In this document: positions 25,724-37,655 of the stretch, piece by piece
Numbering within the stretch: position 1 is the first letter of the stretch
Layout of the letters: the number at the start of each line of letters is the position of its first letter
Origin: Harriotta raleighana
Lineage: Eukaryota
Direction: 5' to 3'
NCBI GenBank assembly: GCA_050575255.1
Contig: JBNZDD010013725.1
Span: 11,007,761-11,071,760, forward strand
DNA length: 64,000 bases
The notes under the pieces: model-generated
What the model saw: only the letters and a program-made list of their open reading frames with translations
What the model was told of the DNA's origin: nothing
The model's database searches: none
Made by a program: the position numbers and the translations under genes

Positions 25724-26110
25724 TGTCAGCCTGGCTCAGTGGTAGCACTCCTAACTCAGAGGTGGTGGTTTAAATCCCAATGAGAGGATTTGGGGATTTT
25801 GAACTTGCAGCCTAGTGGTGTGCTACTTCACTGCGGGTGCCATGCTTCGGATAAAATGTTAACCAAGGTCCCATTTGCCTGTTCAGGTGGGATTATTTGA
25901 AAAGAGAAGGAAATTCTCCCTTGTGTCCTGGACAACAATCCCCCAAATAAAATATGTCACTCACTTCGTGGCTACTTGGGGTCATTGCTGTGTGCAATTT
26001 GTTTGCCGTATTCTCCTACAGATACAGTCATTAAACCTTACAGTGAATCCTATAATGTGTTTTGGGAGGTCTTGACAATATGACAAGATGCTATATCAAA
26101 TGCAAGTATT
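25724..26110 (+). mobile_element. older SacSINE1-like DeuSINE
   Basis: TCAGCCTGGCTCAGTGGTAGCACTC...GGATAAAATGTTAACCAAGG..CCTGTTCAGGTGG...GTGTCCTGGACAAC, then core and tail. Confidence 0.72.
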
Positions 26111-27084
26111 AAACTGTAACATAATATTGTTTAGAAATTAATTGAATATTGTTATGGAGGCCGCAAATTTGGACTCTCAAACAAGAGTGAGTTGGGTACC
26201 AAATTAATCCAAAATTCAGGATGAATGTGGAATATAAACCTAGATACTGTATCTAAGAGAAAACCTCCCTTCTTCTTTGAAATAACAACATTCACCTGAA
26301 TCGAAAAGCAGATGGGCCCTAAATTATTGAATCAATCGATGAACTGTAAATGCGTAAACAAACAATAATTTTGTATTTAATATAGAATGATGCGGACATA
26401 TAACTGCAGAGCAAATAAAAGAACCTGGCCCACAAAGACAGGCCTCACTGTGGACTGAGTCAAAGCCAGCTCGCTTTGCTTTGCTCTCAATGGATATGAA
26501 TCATGTCTGCCTCATTAGTTTGACAATCCGCTGTCTGAATTGGCCGTCTCATTTACATGGAGCAAAACTGCAAGGAATATATGAGTCCCTTAATGTGCTG
26601 GTTTCACAGAGTGGTAAAAGATCACCTCTTACTGGCGATTCAAGCTCCTGATTGGCTTTCAGCTGTGACATGATTTGTAAAAAGGTTATGTGCAAAAATA
26701 TCAGCTTATTGAAAAAATGCAGATTTTCAAAGGGTAATATTAGCTGCAGGTATGGGGCACAGAGGAAAAATGGAAATTAGGTGCCTTAAATAGACTGAAT
26801 ATCTCTGGTCACATGAACAGCAGATTTGCATTGAATAACCAATTGCCTTCTCTGCTATTTTGCTTGATGTCTGACTTATTCAGAAACCCATCATCATGTT
26901 TAAGAGTATCCAAAATAAGCAGCTCCATGCATCCTACTTACAGGATGGAAATTCCAGTGTTTGGAATGGAATCAACAAGATTCTGACAGAGAGGCCACAA
27001 AAAGAAAGCCCAATGCTTTCAATCAAATATTTAATTAACAGGAATAAAATAAGCAATATTCTGTTTCATGAACAAAGCAAACCG

Positions 27085-27470
27085 GAACAGTAGGAGGCCA
27101 TTCAGCCCATTCAGCCAGTTACATTGATTAGATTTTGACAGATCTTTTAATCCCAGTGCTCCTCTTTCACTGTTCTCTTCCATGCCTCTGATACCAAAGC
27201 ATCTGTTTATCTCTCTGTTAAATATGTGAAGAGTTAATAAACTCCTTTGAAGGAGTTAATAGACTTAGCCTCAATTGATTTTGCTGGCAGCCTGCTTCAA
27301 TCATTCAATATTTGGCATGACAAATAATTTTCTTCTAATCTTTGCTTTCCCTAAATCTTGTTCATTTTAAACCTGTGCACTCGATTGCTTCTGTACACAC
27401 CATCTATGCCTCTCAGCAGTTTAAAGAGATGGACCGTATCTCTCTCAAGCTGCTTTTCGCTAAAGGGTGC
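27085..27470 (-). mobile_element. old CR1 3' end
   Basis: GGAACAGTAGGAGGCCATTCAGCCCAT is the typical antisense 3' end of chondrichthyan CR1. Confidence 0.6.
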
Positions 27471-27642
27471 CTCAAAGGCAATCGTGTTGATCCTTGTGTT
27501 GGCATCGTTAAGGCTGTAAAAGTTACAGGCTTGAAATTAAAGGAACATTGTACCAATGGACAGTATCATCATTACAACAATGAGCTTTTTTTTAACTGTT
27601 CTCCAAATGTGAGCAATGTTGGCAGGATGGCCTTTATTGGAT

Positions 27643-27984
27643 GGAGCTCCTGTGGCTCAGTGGTTAGAGCACTCGCCTTACATGCCTTACAAGCATGAGA
27701 CCTGTGTTCGAATCCAGGCAGATCAGGGTGAAACCTTGGGCAAGTTTCCTTACTCCACATGCCTAATAATAATCCCTCCAAAAAAAAAACACAATAATAA
27801 AATTGGTCATTTCAATCTATGACTGTTTGTGGGACACTGCTGTGCGCAATTGGCTGCCGCGTTCCACCCACAAATATACAGTCAATTCACTTTACAGTAT
27901 ATTCTGTGAAGCGCTTTGGGACGTTGATAAGATGTGAAAAGCGCTATATCAAATGCAAGGATTATTATTATTATTATTATTTAT
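27643..27984 (+). mobile_element. young tRNA/Deu SINE, full length, 9-nt-duplication variant
   Basis: A and B boxes intact, CpGs retained in the core, long (ATT)n tail. Nearly identical to the reverse complement of 44383-44699. Confidence 0.92.
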
Positions 27985-28029
27985 TGCCTATCTCTGGTTA
28001 CCCTGAAAGAGTCATGGTGGGTGTTCTCT

Positions 28030-28312
28030 TAACTGAGTGACCTGCTAGACCATTTCAGAGGGCGCTATGAGTCAACCATGCAGTGCTAGGCTGTAGTTGC
28101 ATGTAGTCCAGACTAAGTGAAGATGGCAGATTGCCTTTCCCGAAAGACATTTGTGAGCCAGTTGATCTTTTTGTACAACAATCCAGCAGTTTTGTGGTCA
28201 TTTTTCAAGCTCAAGTTACTACATTTTTGAATTCAAATTACGCAACTGTTGCAGTGGGATGCAAACCTATGACCTTACTGATATTAGTCCAGCAGCATAA
28301 CTATTAGACTAT
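28030..28312 (-). mobile_element. old tRNA-derived SINE of a different family
   Basis: TGAGTGACCTGCTAGACCATTTCAGAGGGC..GAGTCAACCA..TTGAATTCAAATT..GTGGGATGCAAACC..ATTAGTCCAG resembles a widespread shark SINE as I recall it. Confidence 0.6.
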
Positions 28313-29404
28313 TGTTTCTTATCTAAATGTCAAACCATTCAATATATATTTCACATTTTGGCTTTTCTAATGTATTATACAATACTCTCAGGAAGTCATG
28401 TAAAAGGTTTCTATGTGTTGACAATGACGGAGTGCCTCTGATTCCAGAAAACATAGGCTTCGAAATTTGATTTGTGATATCTTTCTAATGGTGACTGATA
28501 GTATAGTGTGTGACTGTGTCTGTGTGGGGGGTAGGTGGGGAGAGTTTGCAATTATATCAGACACTGACCAGCCAAGCTACAGTCAAACATCATTAACAAT
28601 ATATTTTATTGGATCTCAGTATTTTTTACTTATTGAAAGCACTTATGAGTGAATCAGACATTTATTGACAGAGGCATGACTATAACTCAACAGTGAGTTA
28701 TAGTTGCACAGAACGTGAACCCTGTATTTGCTATCAAATTCTGCTGAGATTTCGTGCTAGCTCTGCCTAACAGATTTAAGGCTGCAAAACAGTTTCCCGA
28801 ATTAATCTCCTAAGGAGTACAAATTGCATTATTCTATTCCCTTTATTGTGGCAGTGCGTGAGTGTGTATGCTCATTAAGATGAAAGATGGTTGTGGTTGA
28901 GAGAGAACCATTTTTCCATTTGAGCACTAATTGAAGAACAGGAGTGAATCAGTGTGAGGTTAGGCTGCTTGACTAAAGCTCTATCCTCTTGCATTTTGCT
29001 TATGTATTTTCAGTTAGAGATCAATTCGATGCCTCTGCTGCTGCAAAGCCAGTTATGCGGAAAAATAAAACGTTTTAAAATAACCATGGACCAAATTAGT
29101 TTCTATCCTCCAATCTCAGTGTTCATATTCTATAATGCTGTAACAGGCTAGAAATTTATCGAACAATTTTAAAAGAATTAGCAATTTTGGACAAAGTATT
29201 TGTCAAATGGATTTGAAGCTTTAATTGCATTGATGCTGAATCCTGTATCCTAGCCTCCCATGCTTTGAAGCATGGAGTGGCACGTGCAATGGAAATTTTT
29301 ATCATTGATAATAAGAATTATCCTTCCACTTGATATTGCATCTATATGTCAAATCGTTTCAAATCGCTTCACAGAAATTATTATTAGGTATAGCATACAA
29401 TTCT

Positions 29405-29731
29405 CAGGCAAGGCAAATGGTTGGGCAAGTTTTCTTTCTCCATTTGCCAGCAGTAAGTAGGAACCTGGTTGTTAATCGATTGGCAGATCGTTTTTCCGGT
29501 GGGTAATAATCTCCTAAAAAAAATTGGTCACTCAATCCACAATTGTTTGTGGGACACTTCTGTACTCAAATGGCTGCTTCATTTCGCTAATTTGCACATG
29601 GCAGTATCCCCCAAAAAGCCAGGAAGTCGCAATATATATAGTCAATTCACTTTACAGTATATTCTGTGAATCACTTCGAGATGTCTCAATGACATGATAA
29701 GGCACTAAATCAAATGCAAGGATTATTATTA
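29405..29731 (+). mobile_element. tRNA/Deu SINE, long form, with an internal inverted core fragment
   Basis: Contains the GCAGTAAGTAGGAACC insert. 29589-29620 is an antisense piece of the Deu core. Confidence 0.75.
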
Positions 29732-30399
29732 TAAAATGTAGCAGCTGTCTATAAACCTCTCCCCCCATAAACTGGGTCACTTCATTCCACGACTGTTTGT
29801 AGGAAACTGCTGTGTACACTTAGTTGGTGCTGTATTTTGTCCACAAAATACAGTCACTCCACTTTACACAGCACACACCAAATAGCCAATAAGTCAATGC
29901 CAAATTTATCAGGGGGAAAGTTGGCTAGTACATCAGAAGAAACACTCTTTTCTTTTTGAATAGCGTCTGAATTTCATTAACAATTAATATAAAATTCTAA
30001 AAATTGCAGTGAAATTGGAGTGAAAGTGAGATTTTAATTCCCCTTCTCCCTTTCTAAGCAAATAGATTTTTCCTCCCTCCCCCAACCCAACTCCCCCCCA
30101 CCCCAATTAACATTCCTTGAACATTTTATGCACTTTTCACATTGATAGGACATCTCAAAGGGCGTCACAGTTATGGCTACAAATCACAAAAGGAATCAAG
30201 TGATAATAATGACTTCTGCTAAGTGCAAGCCTTTCTGATTGACAAGAACTGCCTCTGACAGATTCTCAATGTGATATGCTTCTGGTTACTAGAAGAGGTC
30301 TCCGTTTTCATTATTTATCTATATGTCAAATCCATATGTATCTTATATGGGAAATGGTAATGAAAGCATTAATATTTTTAGCAACTGACAAGTGGTGGG

Positions 30400-30805
30400 T
30401 CGTCAATCTCATAGAGTTAAATGAAATGCGTGAAATTTGTGATGTGTGATGCATTGAAACAAATGCATCAATATATTTAAGAGAAACGTTTATGCATGCA
30501 AAAGAGAAGAGGAATAGAGGGGTATGGGAAAGAGATTAGACAGGGTGGAGTTTCATGTGGAGTATAAAGCCTGCAGGACTAATAGAGTCGATTGGCCTGT
30601 TTCGGTATTGTGACAATCTATAATTCTACATTCAGAATAATTAACGACTGGAACAAGTTGTTGGGATGTGTGGTTTAGGCTAAGACACGGGATTCAATAG
30701 AAAATCAGTTTGATGTTGTGGAGGAAGGACTGTAGGGTGGGTATTCTGGGGGGATGCGAATAAATGGACTAAAGGGGATTTTTTCCATTCGAACCAAGCT
30801 TGTGG
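30400..30805 (+). mobile_element. two adjacent old CR1 3' remnants
   Basis: GTGGAGTATAAAGCC..GATTGGCCTGTTTCGGTATTGT end, then GAATAATTAACGACTGGAACAAGTTG..GGGTATTCTGG of the 7230 family. Confidence 0.55.
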
Positions 30806-31339
30806 TGTGTGAATTATTACCAGTGCTATTAATCAAATTTTAATTAATGCAGTCAGTGCTGCCAGTTGATACCAACTGCGTCACAATGCCTGTATGCACA
30901 GTCCCCATGGACATTCCAGGATCCCAGATCACAGTTTGGGAAAGCCATGTTAATATAATTGACGCAACAGTTAAGGCTGGTGAATATTGAAAATTAAGCC
31001 CTCTGTATGTACTCCGGCCAAAGTAACTGCCCCCAAATTTCATAATGGTGGAAAATCCTAATTCTTCCAATTTGGATCCTTTTGATTAATTAGCTTCGGT
31101 AACAGCTATTTTCAACGAGGCTATTGGAAAATTCATCCAACACTAGCATAAAGAGGTGGAAGATTGCATCCTTAATGCATTTGTTATGACGAAATTCAGA
31201 TTTTTTCCCAATTGTAAACTAATCAGACATACATTTAATCCAACGGCAGGGAATCTCCGCTTATTTTCCACTCTGTTTTTAAGCTATCCCGCACATTTTG
31301 CACTTGGAATAAAATTGCTTTCCAGTGAACTTTACTCAC

Positions 31340-31548
31340 CACGCCAGCCATTTTCTTCGGCTGTCAGTAAAGAAATATGGATGAACAGGTAGTGATTCTG
31401 TGATCATCTCAGACAAGCACTGCCTGCAGACTTGGTGGCCACTGACTACACATGGCACGGGTTAGATTGTTGAAGTTTGTTGGTAGCCATCATTGCAGTT
31501 TGGATTGTCGGGTTATTGCCTTTGAATGACTCTTTACTGAATAACAGC
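31340..31548 (-). other. candidate 209-nt exon (5' UTR with possible start codon)
   Basis: Minus strand: TTGATTTATTTAG|GCTG...GAAGAAAATGGCTGGCGTG|GTGAGTAAA. Repeat-free, with a strong-Kozak ATG 12 nt before the donor. No homology recognised. Confidence 0.3.
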
Positions 31549-34445
31549 CTAAATAAATCAACATCTCCTAGAGAGGCAACTGTAATGTTATCCCCACTTC
31601 AAAAACCAGTGGCTTCTCCAATTGTGAATCTAACATAGCGACCAGCAACATTTTCAAATGGGTTTGTGTGCTACTGTTAGGGGACCACTTCAAACCTCTT
31701 CTCTTTGTGTTTGCCAATAGTGCTATTTTGACCCATTTGTCTTATTGAAGATTGCAGGGATAATTTTTCCCGTGCATCCCACATGGGATAAAGGTTTCAT
31801 ATGGTTTAAGAATAGTCCAATCCATTCTGATAAGTGTGGCAACATTTTCTGGATGTGCTCGCAATGGAATGCAGAATCGATTTCAAAGTACTGTATAACT
31901 GAATTTATAATGTCATGTTATTTATCATTTAAAAAATGCATTTCATTTATTTCTAACAATTTTGTTAAACTTTTCAAAGGAAACAGAATAGCACTTCAAT
32001 GCACATCAATGCTTTGACTACATGGGGTATATGTAGCAGAATAACCCGCTTAAACTCCAGACCATAGTAATTGTTGCAGTAGTCTGGATAACAGTAAGCT
32101 GTTATTTTGGTCTATTACCACTGGAGAAATAATGAGGGGAAAATGATGTGCTGGGTTAGTAGTTTTGCCAATTTATCTCGTCAGCTACAGTAGTCTGTAG
32201 ACCTCCCAGTCTCAATGCTAGTTACTCATTGCCAGCAATTGGAATTAGGAATCAGATGGAAACCTGGCTCTAGATTATCCAATAAATGGAAGGTTTTGAG
32301 CAGGTTAGTGCTGGCCATAGGACGTTTTCAGCTGTAAGTAGGTGCACCTATTGTCTGGTTTGAGTTTCCATTCAGCTTGGGAAAAACAGGAAAAATCAGT
32401 CTAAACTAAAATAAGGAAAGGAGTAGAACGAGAGAAGCTACACTCATTTACAAGTTTTAAGTGATAGATTCCAGTCATAAACAGCAAACCTATTCAGTCT
32501 GAGTTGAGGTGGGATTTTGTTCTGTCAGACATTAAATAAAATTATTTGCCACTGGCGTTAGCTGCTCAAATCAGAAAATCAACAGGAACTGCTCATGAGC
32601 AAGAAGGAAATAAACAATGAGGCCAGGCAGAGAAAAAAGTAGCAGTTTGCAAGGATTTCTTCAATTACAGTCCCTGAGTGAAACTGACAGACAAACCCTA
32701 ATTTTTTTCAAGTTGCTGAATGGAAAGTGTACCATGAAAAGAATTTCCAAACTGCACATGAATGTGGTTCTTCTTCTCTCCTTGGTGCACAGAGATTACA
32801 TAGAATCATATAAATGCAGACTTTGAAGAGGACACACAGCACATGGAGCATAGACCTGCTCGAATGCCAGTTCCCTGTTCTTTTCTTGTATCATTTTATA
32901 TGAGTTTGGCTCCAGATTCTCTGAGAATTTAGGAGAGGTCAGACTGTCCATATCCTTGAAATGAATGGAACAGGATGTTCTGGTGCAGATAAATTGAAGC
33001 TTCAGGCAGCCTAGTCAGGTAACATGGCAAGCAACCTGTCTCTGGGCAATTTCCATAGCTACGTTGGCGCTGACACCTGCCTACGGCTCCGAATATAGTG
33101 AATAATCCCCGTTCCCACCATTTACTTGGAATGACCTGCTGTTGCCTGAAAGAAGATTGCCCATTGTTAAAATGCTCAGAATTGTTGAACCTTTCAATGC
33201 ATTGATATATTTCTTCCAAATGCTGTCCCACATAGACTTGGCCAGAAACTAGGCCAGAAACCTTCTTGAGAAACCAACCTTCTGAACTTGAAGCTCCTTG
33301 CGGTTGATAACAATGTTCCAGTTATATGGTACTGATTAGCTCCAGTCATCTCCAAAGGAGTTGGCAGGCATCAGGCAATCTTCCACATATGAGGAAGAAT
33401 GGTGCATAGTTTGAATGCTGGAAAAAGTATGTGCATACTTTGTGATTTTTGGAGGTTAAACAAGCAACATAATGTACCAAACACAGTGGATTTCGCTGCA
33501 ATAACATATCAAAAGTCATTTGGATAAGTAATTTTAGAAGGAATGGACGGCGGATAATTAGCCCATCAGGCCTGTTCTGCCATTTTATTAGTTTGTGGCA
33601 GCTCTTTATCTTTCTGATCCCATTTCTCTGACTCTTACTTTCCAAACATATCTATCTATCTCCTTCTTAAACACCACAGTAGTAAAAGTCAACAAATTAG
33701 TAACTGCACTAGTTATTTGGCTGCTCATTTGGCTGCTTAAAATTCCGATAAAAAATTATATATCTGTTAAATTCAGTATGCATGGCAAAACTGACCAGCT
33801 TCCAACACTATTTAACATATTCTGAATCTTAGACATAGCAAATAGATATTATTTTATTCCTACTGCCTTGGGTCTGCCAGATCCCAACTCACAATTCTCG
33901 TTGTATATGAGATTGTTCAGTGAGTCATCTTTCACATTCCCTACAGAGTGCAGTTTGCTAATGTGAAAGATGGGTTTATTTTTGCTGAAATCACATTATC
34001 CTAAATATCAAATTTGAGTATGTAACTCCTGTCTCTTATTGCCAGGGCCTATGTAGTTATATGAATATCGCTGCATGGATTAATTTCTAATATGCATATT
34101 TCATATATAATTGGGACCAAAAACAGCCTATTTGTAAGGTCATTGGCCATCCAGCTGTAATCCACGCCAGAAATGGCTGTCAGGTTCAGCAAGCAAAGGC
34201 TAGGTTCAGATCCTATCATTTAACAGACTGGCTTGAATTTAATAATAATAAGAATAATAATCCTTGCATTTGATATAGCACCTTATCATGTCTTCGAGAT
34301 GTTCTCAAAGCACTTCACAGAATACATTGTCAATTGAATTGACTGTAATTTTATGGGTGAATTTCTTGCACACAATGGAATTCTGCACTTTTCAAGAAAG
34401 GCAGCCTGCAGGCTGACCTCAGCAAAGCAACCAAAGTTGTATTGA

Positions 34446-34711
34446 CAAAACACAAAATATTACAGATGCTGGGAATCCCAAAAAAACCCACTAACTCAGC
34501 AAGTCAGGCAGCACCCATGGAGAAAGGAAAGTGAGTCAACGTTTCGTGTCCACGACCCTTTGTCAGAACTGGGGAGTGTTTTAGAGGGAGAGGTTTTTAA
34601 GGACATTAGAGGGGGGCTGACTGGCAGTGGGGAGGCAAGACATGGAAGACACAGGAGACAAAGAAAAAGGAGTGTGAAAACTGACGGGTTGAATATGTGA
34701 TAACGATGTAT
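34446..34711 (-). mobile_element. Penelope-like element terminal-repeat fragment with 13-bp TSD
   Basis: ACAGATGCTGGGAATC..ACTCAGCAAGTCAGGCAGCACCCATGGAGA..AACGTTTCG..GACCCTTTGTCAGAACT. AAAGTTGTATTGA occurs at 34433-34445 and 34712-34724. Confidence 0.8.
34534..34570 (-). ncRNA. degenerate minimal type-I hammerhead ribozyme
   Basis: AGUU-CUGACAA-A-GGGUC-GUG-GACAC-GAAAC-GUU-GACU: stem I AGUU/GACU, core box with G>A, stem II with one mismatch, GAAA box and GUU cleavage triplet. Confidence 0.65.
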
Positions 34712-34966
34712 AAAGTTGTATTGAGTCAGACTGCTGGCTTTTCCTGACTTCTTAAATCAGAAAATTATTGTGCAAATTGCTGAAGAAAATTAGCTCTTAG
34801 TTACTGGTTGTTGTGGTTGAGTATGATGTAAACTGAACTGTAAGACTTTGTAAATACGAGCGAACCTTACCCATGTCAGGAAATAAGATGGAGTTAGTTA
34901 TGAGCAATTTTCTTTCTCCCAGAAATGTCACAGAAACAGAAAAACAAACAATAGAGAAGGAGGCCT

Positions 34967-35027
34967 TGGGACATCCTCCTGACGTGAAACGCGCTCTATA
35001 AGTGTAATTTTGTTGTTGTTGTTGTTG
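34967..35027 (+). mobile_element. L2-type 3' tail only, ending in (GTT)n
   Basis: GGGACATCCTCCTGACGTGAAACGCGCTCTATAAGTGTAATTTTGTTGTTG. Similar stubs at about 48330, 54863 and 57946. Confidence 0.7.
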
Positions 35028-35099
35028 AGGCCATTCAGCCCATTGTGCTTAAGCTGGCTCTGCAGAAGAGCTCATTGTTTTCAAGATTTCAAAGATAAG

Positions 35100-35430
35100 A
35101 GTTCAAGATCTTCATCCTCACTTTTAAAGCCCTTCAGTCTGCTCCTCCCTACCTCCATGACCAACTAAAATGTTACCAACCTGCCCACTCTGTTTGCTTA
35201 ATGGCCACTTGCCTGCTCCATGTCGTCGTCGTCATCTCCCTTCTGTCCGTCCTTCCCCCCCATCCCCTCCCGCTGCCCAGCACCCCACATCATTTATAGT
35301 TGGGTCTTCAGGCTTTCTGTTCCCACCCTATGGAATGCCATCCTGGAGCTTCTGCATCTCATCCCCCTTTCTAGTCACCTTCAAGATCCGTCTCAAGACC
35401 TTCCTCTTTAACTGTGTCTTCAGCCATTTC
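35100..35430 (+). mobile_element. L2 LINE ORF2 end
   Basis: TTCAAGATCTTCATCCTCACTTTTAAAGCCCT ... FKIRLKTFLFNCVF. Confidence 0.7.
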
Positions 35431-35612
35431 ATGTTGATCAGTAATGGAAGCACTGCTCCTGGTCTTTGAATATAATATAGTGGAAGTATGGTGGACGGTG
35501 AACTGGATGGACCATCATCTCTTTCCTTGCAAATTCGTAATTTCTATGCAGCCCACTCTAGAAAACGCATGCCCAGCACTCGTCATTAAGGAGGTTTTCC
35601 TCAGTTATATGC

Positions 35613-36053
35613 TAATAACAATCCTTGCATTTGATATAGTGCTTTTCACGTCTTCTAGATGTCTCAAACTGCTTCACATAATATACTAGAAAGTGAATTG
35701 ACTGTATATTTGTGGGTGAAACACAACACCAATTGCACACAGCAGTATCCCACAAACAGGTGTGGATTGAGTGACTGAATTATTATTGTATTTTTTGAGG
35801 GATTATTATTATTAAGCCACACGTTGGTTTCTCTCAGTAGTGAATGGAAAGCATTTTTATTGTTTTTGTATTATTATTATTTTTGAGGTATTATTATTAT
35901 CCCCAGAAAAGGGATCCATCAATCACCTAACAACTGTGTTTTTACTTACTGCTAGGTCTGTGGAAGAAGGAAACTTGCCCAACGTTTCACCCTGCTGAGA
36001 ATAGAATCCAGGTTTCTCTCTTGGGAGGCGAATGCTATGATCACTGAGCTACA
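35613..36053 (-). mobile_element. tRNA/Deu SINE, long form, carrying a foreign 57-bp insert
   Basis: Tail, core, insert and head are recognisable. 35814-35870 copies 36464-36522. Confidence 0.8.
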
Positions 36054-37114
36054 ACAACAAAAATCAACAACAAAATTACAGGATTGAGTTTATGGCCCTA
36101 TACCTTGCTATTTACTATAAGGAGTGTGTTAAGAAACACCATAAAATTCTGTAGGTACTTTTTTTTTTGATTTTGTGCGAATTATTCTGACCTGAATCCA
36201 TAAATGATGGATGAAATTTAATGAGTTGTAAATCAACTAGTGTGCTGAATCCTGTGGCAAGCAAAGCTTTTGAAACAGCAAGACTGAAGATTTCAATTGA
36301 ATATTTGGAGCTTGTGAAGGGTGCCTAGATTAAGTTACACTTTGACATGTGTTTGGGATGTTTCTGTGTCAGATGGTATACATACCAACACATTTGGAGA
36401 GAATAACATTGACCAGATGCAAAGCCATGGTATTTCATTTACAAAAATAAGTAATTTTTCCAAAAGCCACACGTTGGTTTCTCTCTCAGTATTGAATGGA
36501 AAGCATTTTTATTGTTTTTGTATAAAAATATAATTTTCACACTTAAAATTGAAAGGAGGAATAATCCTGAACATACCAGCTGTTATGTGCATGGGCTTTT
36601 ATCCCAGATGTTTCAGGGTTATTAAGAATGGTGGTTTACATAACCACAAATGAGCATAAAAAGCGCATGAGTTAAATGTGTGAAGCAGTACAGTAGCTAT
36701 TTGTGGGACACTGCTGTGTGCAAATGAACTGACACATTTTCCCACAAAATATACAGTCACTTCACTTTACAGTATATACTGTAATGCATTTTGACATGGC
36801 CTCCGTTTTGAGCAGTTATATACAGTGCATACATAGCCATGAAGTTGAATGACCAGTTTTATTTGGGATATTGTTCCTTTCTCCTTCAGTCATCTTCCCA
36901 CCTCCACCCTCCCCTTGCACTTCACCCCTCATGACTCATGTATCCAACCCAACCATCGGTGCAAGCCCTTGATTGTCCAGTACATTGGATCATTCTCCCA
37001 AAGTGAAATGAAATATTTAAATTCATTATAATTCAAATTCATTAAACGAAAAATACACCTGTGTGATCTGTAACTATTTTAGGGAAGATGACAATACATG
37101 GAAATAAATGTTCT

Positions 37115-37655
37115 TAGAACATAAGAATTAGGAGCAGGAGTAGCCTGCCCCCCCATTCAATAAGATCATGGCTGATCTATTCTAACTCTACCTATCCGCC
37201 TTAATCCCATATCCCTTAATCCCTTAATCCACAAGAAATCTATCAACCTCAGTATGGAATATCAATCAATAAATCAATCAAAATTACATCTATATAGCGC
37301 CTTTCACGTCGGGAAGACGTCCCAAGGCGCTGTGCAGTCAAGAAGGGATCAGAGCAGGGTGGGAGGAGTCGGGGGATGGAAAGTAGGAAAAATTGACTGT
37401 ATATTTGACGGCACTATGTTCAAGGACTGAGCATCTACAGCCCTTTGGGGTAGAAAATTCCATAAATTCACTACCCTCTGAGTGAAGAAGTTTTTTCTCA
37501 CCTCAGTGCAAAAGGGCTGACCCCTAATGTTAAGACTTTAAGACTTTTAAGACAGTTTCTCCAACCAGGGGATAAAGTCTCCCACTATCTATTCTGTTGT
37601 GCCCCTTAATAATTTTATAGGTTTCTCTAGGATCACCTTTCATTCTTCTATATTC
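37115..37655 (-). mobile_element. CR1 3' end interrupted by an L2 tail
   Basis: AGAACATAAGAATTAGGAGCAGGAGTAG..CATTCAATAAGATCATGGCTGATCT. It resumes at TTCAAGGACTGAGCATCTACAGCCC near 37418. Confidence 0.8.
37262..37395 (-). mobile_element. L2 3' end nested in CR1
   Basis: (TCAA)n tail followed by AAATTACATCTATATAGCGCCTTTCACGTCGGGAAGACGTCCCAAGGCGCTG. Confidence 0.75.

Noticed and set aside
32929-33500. Possible decayed coding sequence (faint DIRS/Ngaro-like impression)
   Set aside because: No diagnostic RT, RNase H or tyrosine-recombinase motif is readable, so a tblastn/HMM search is needed.
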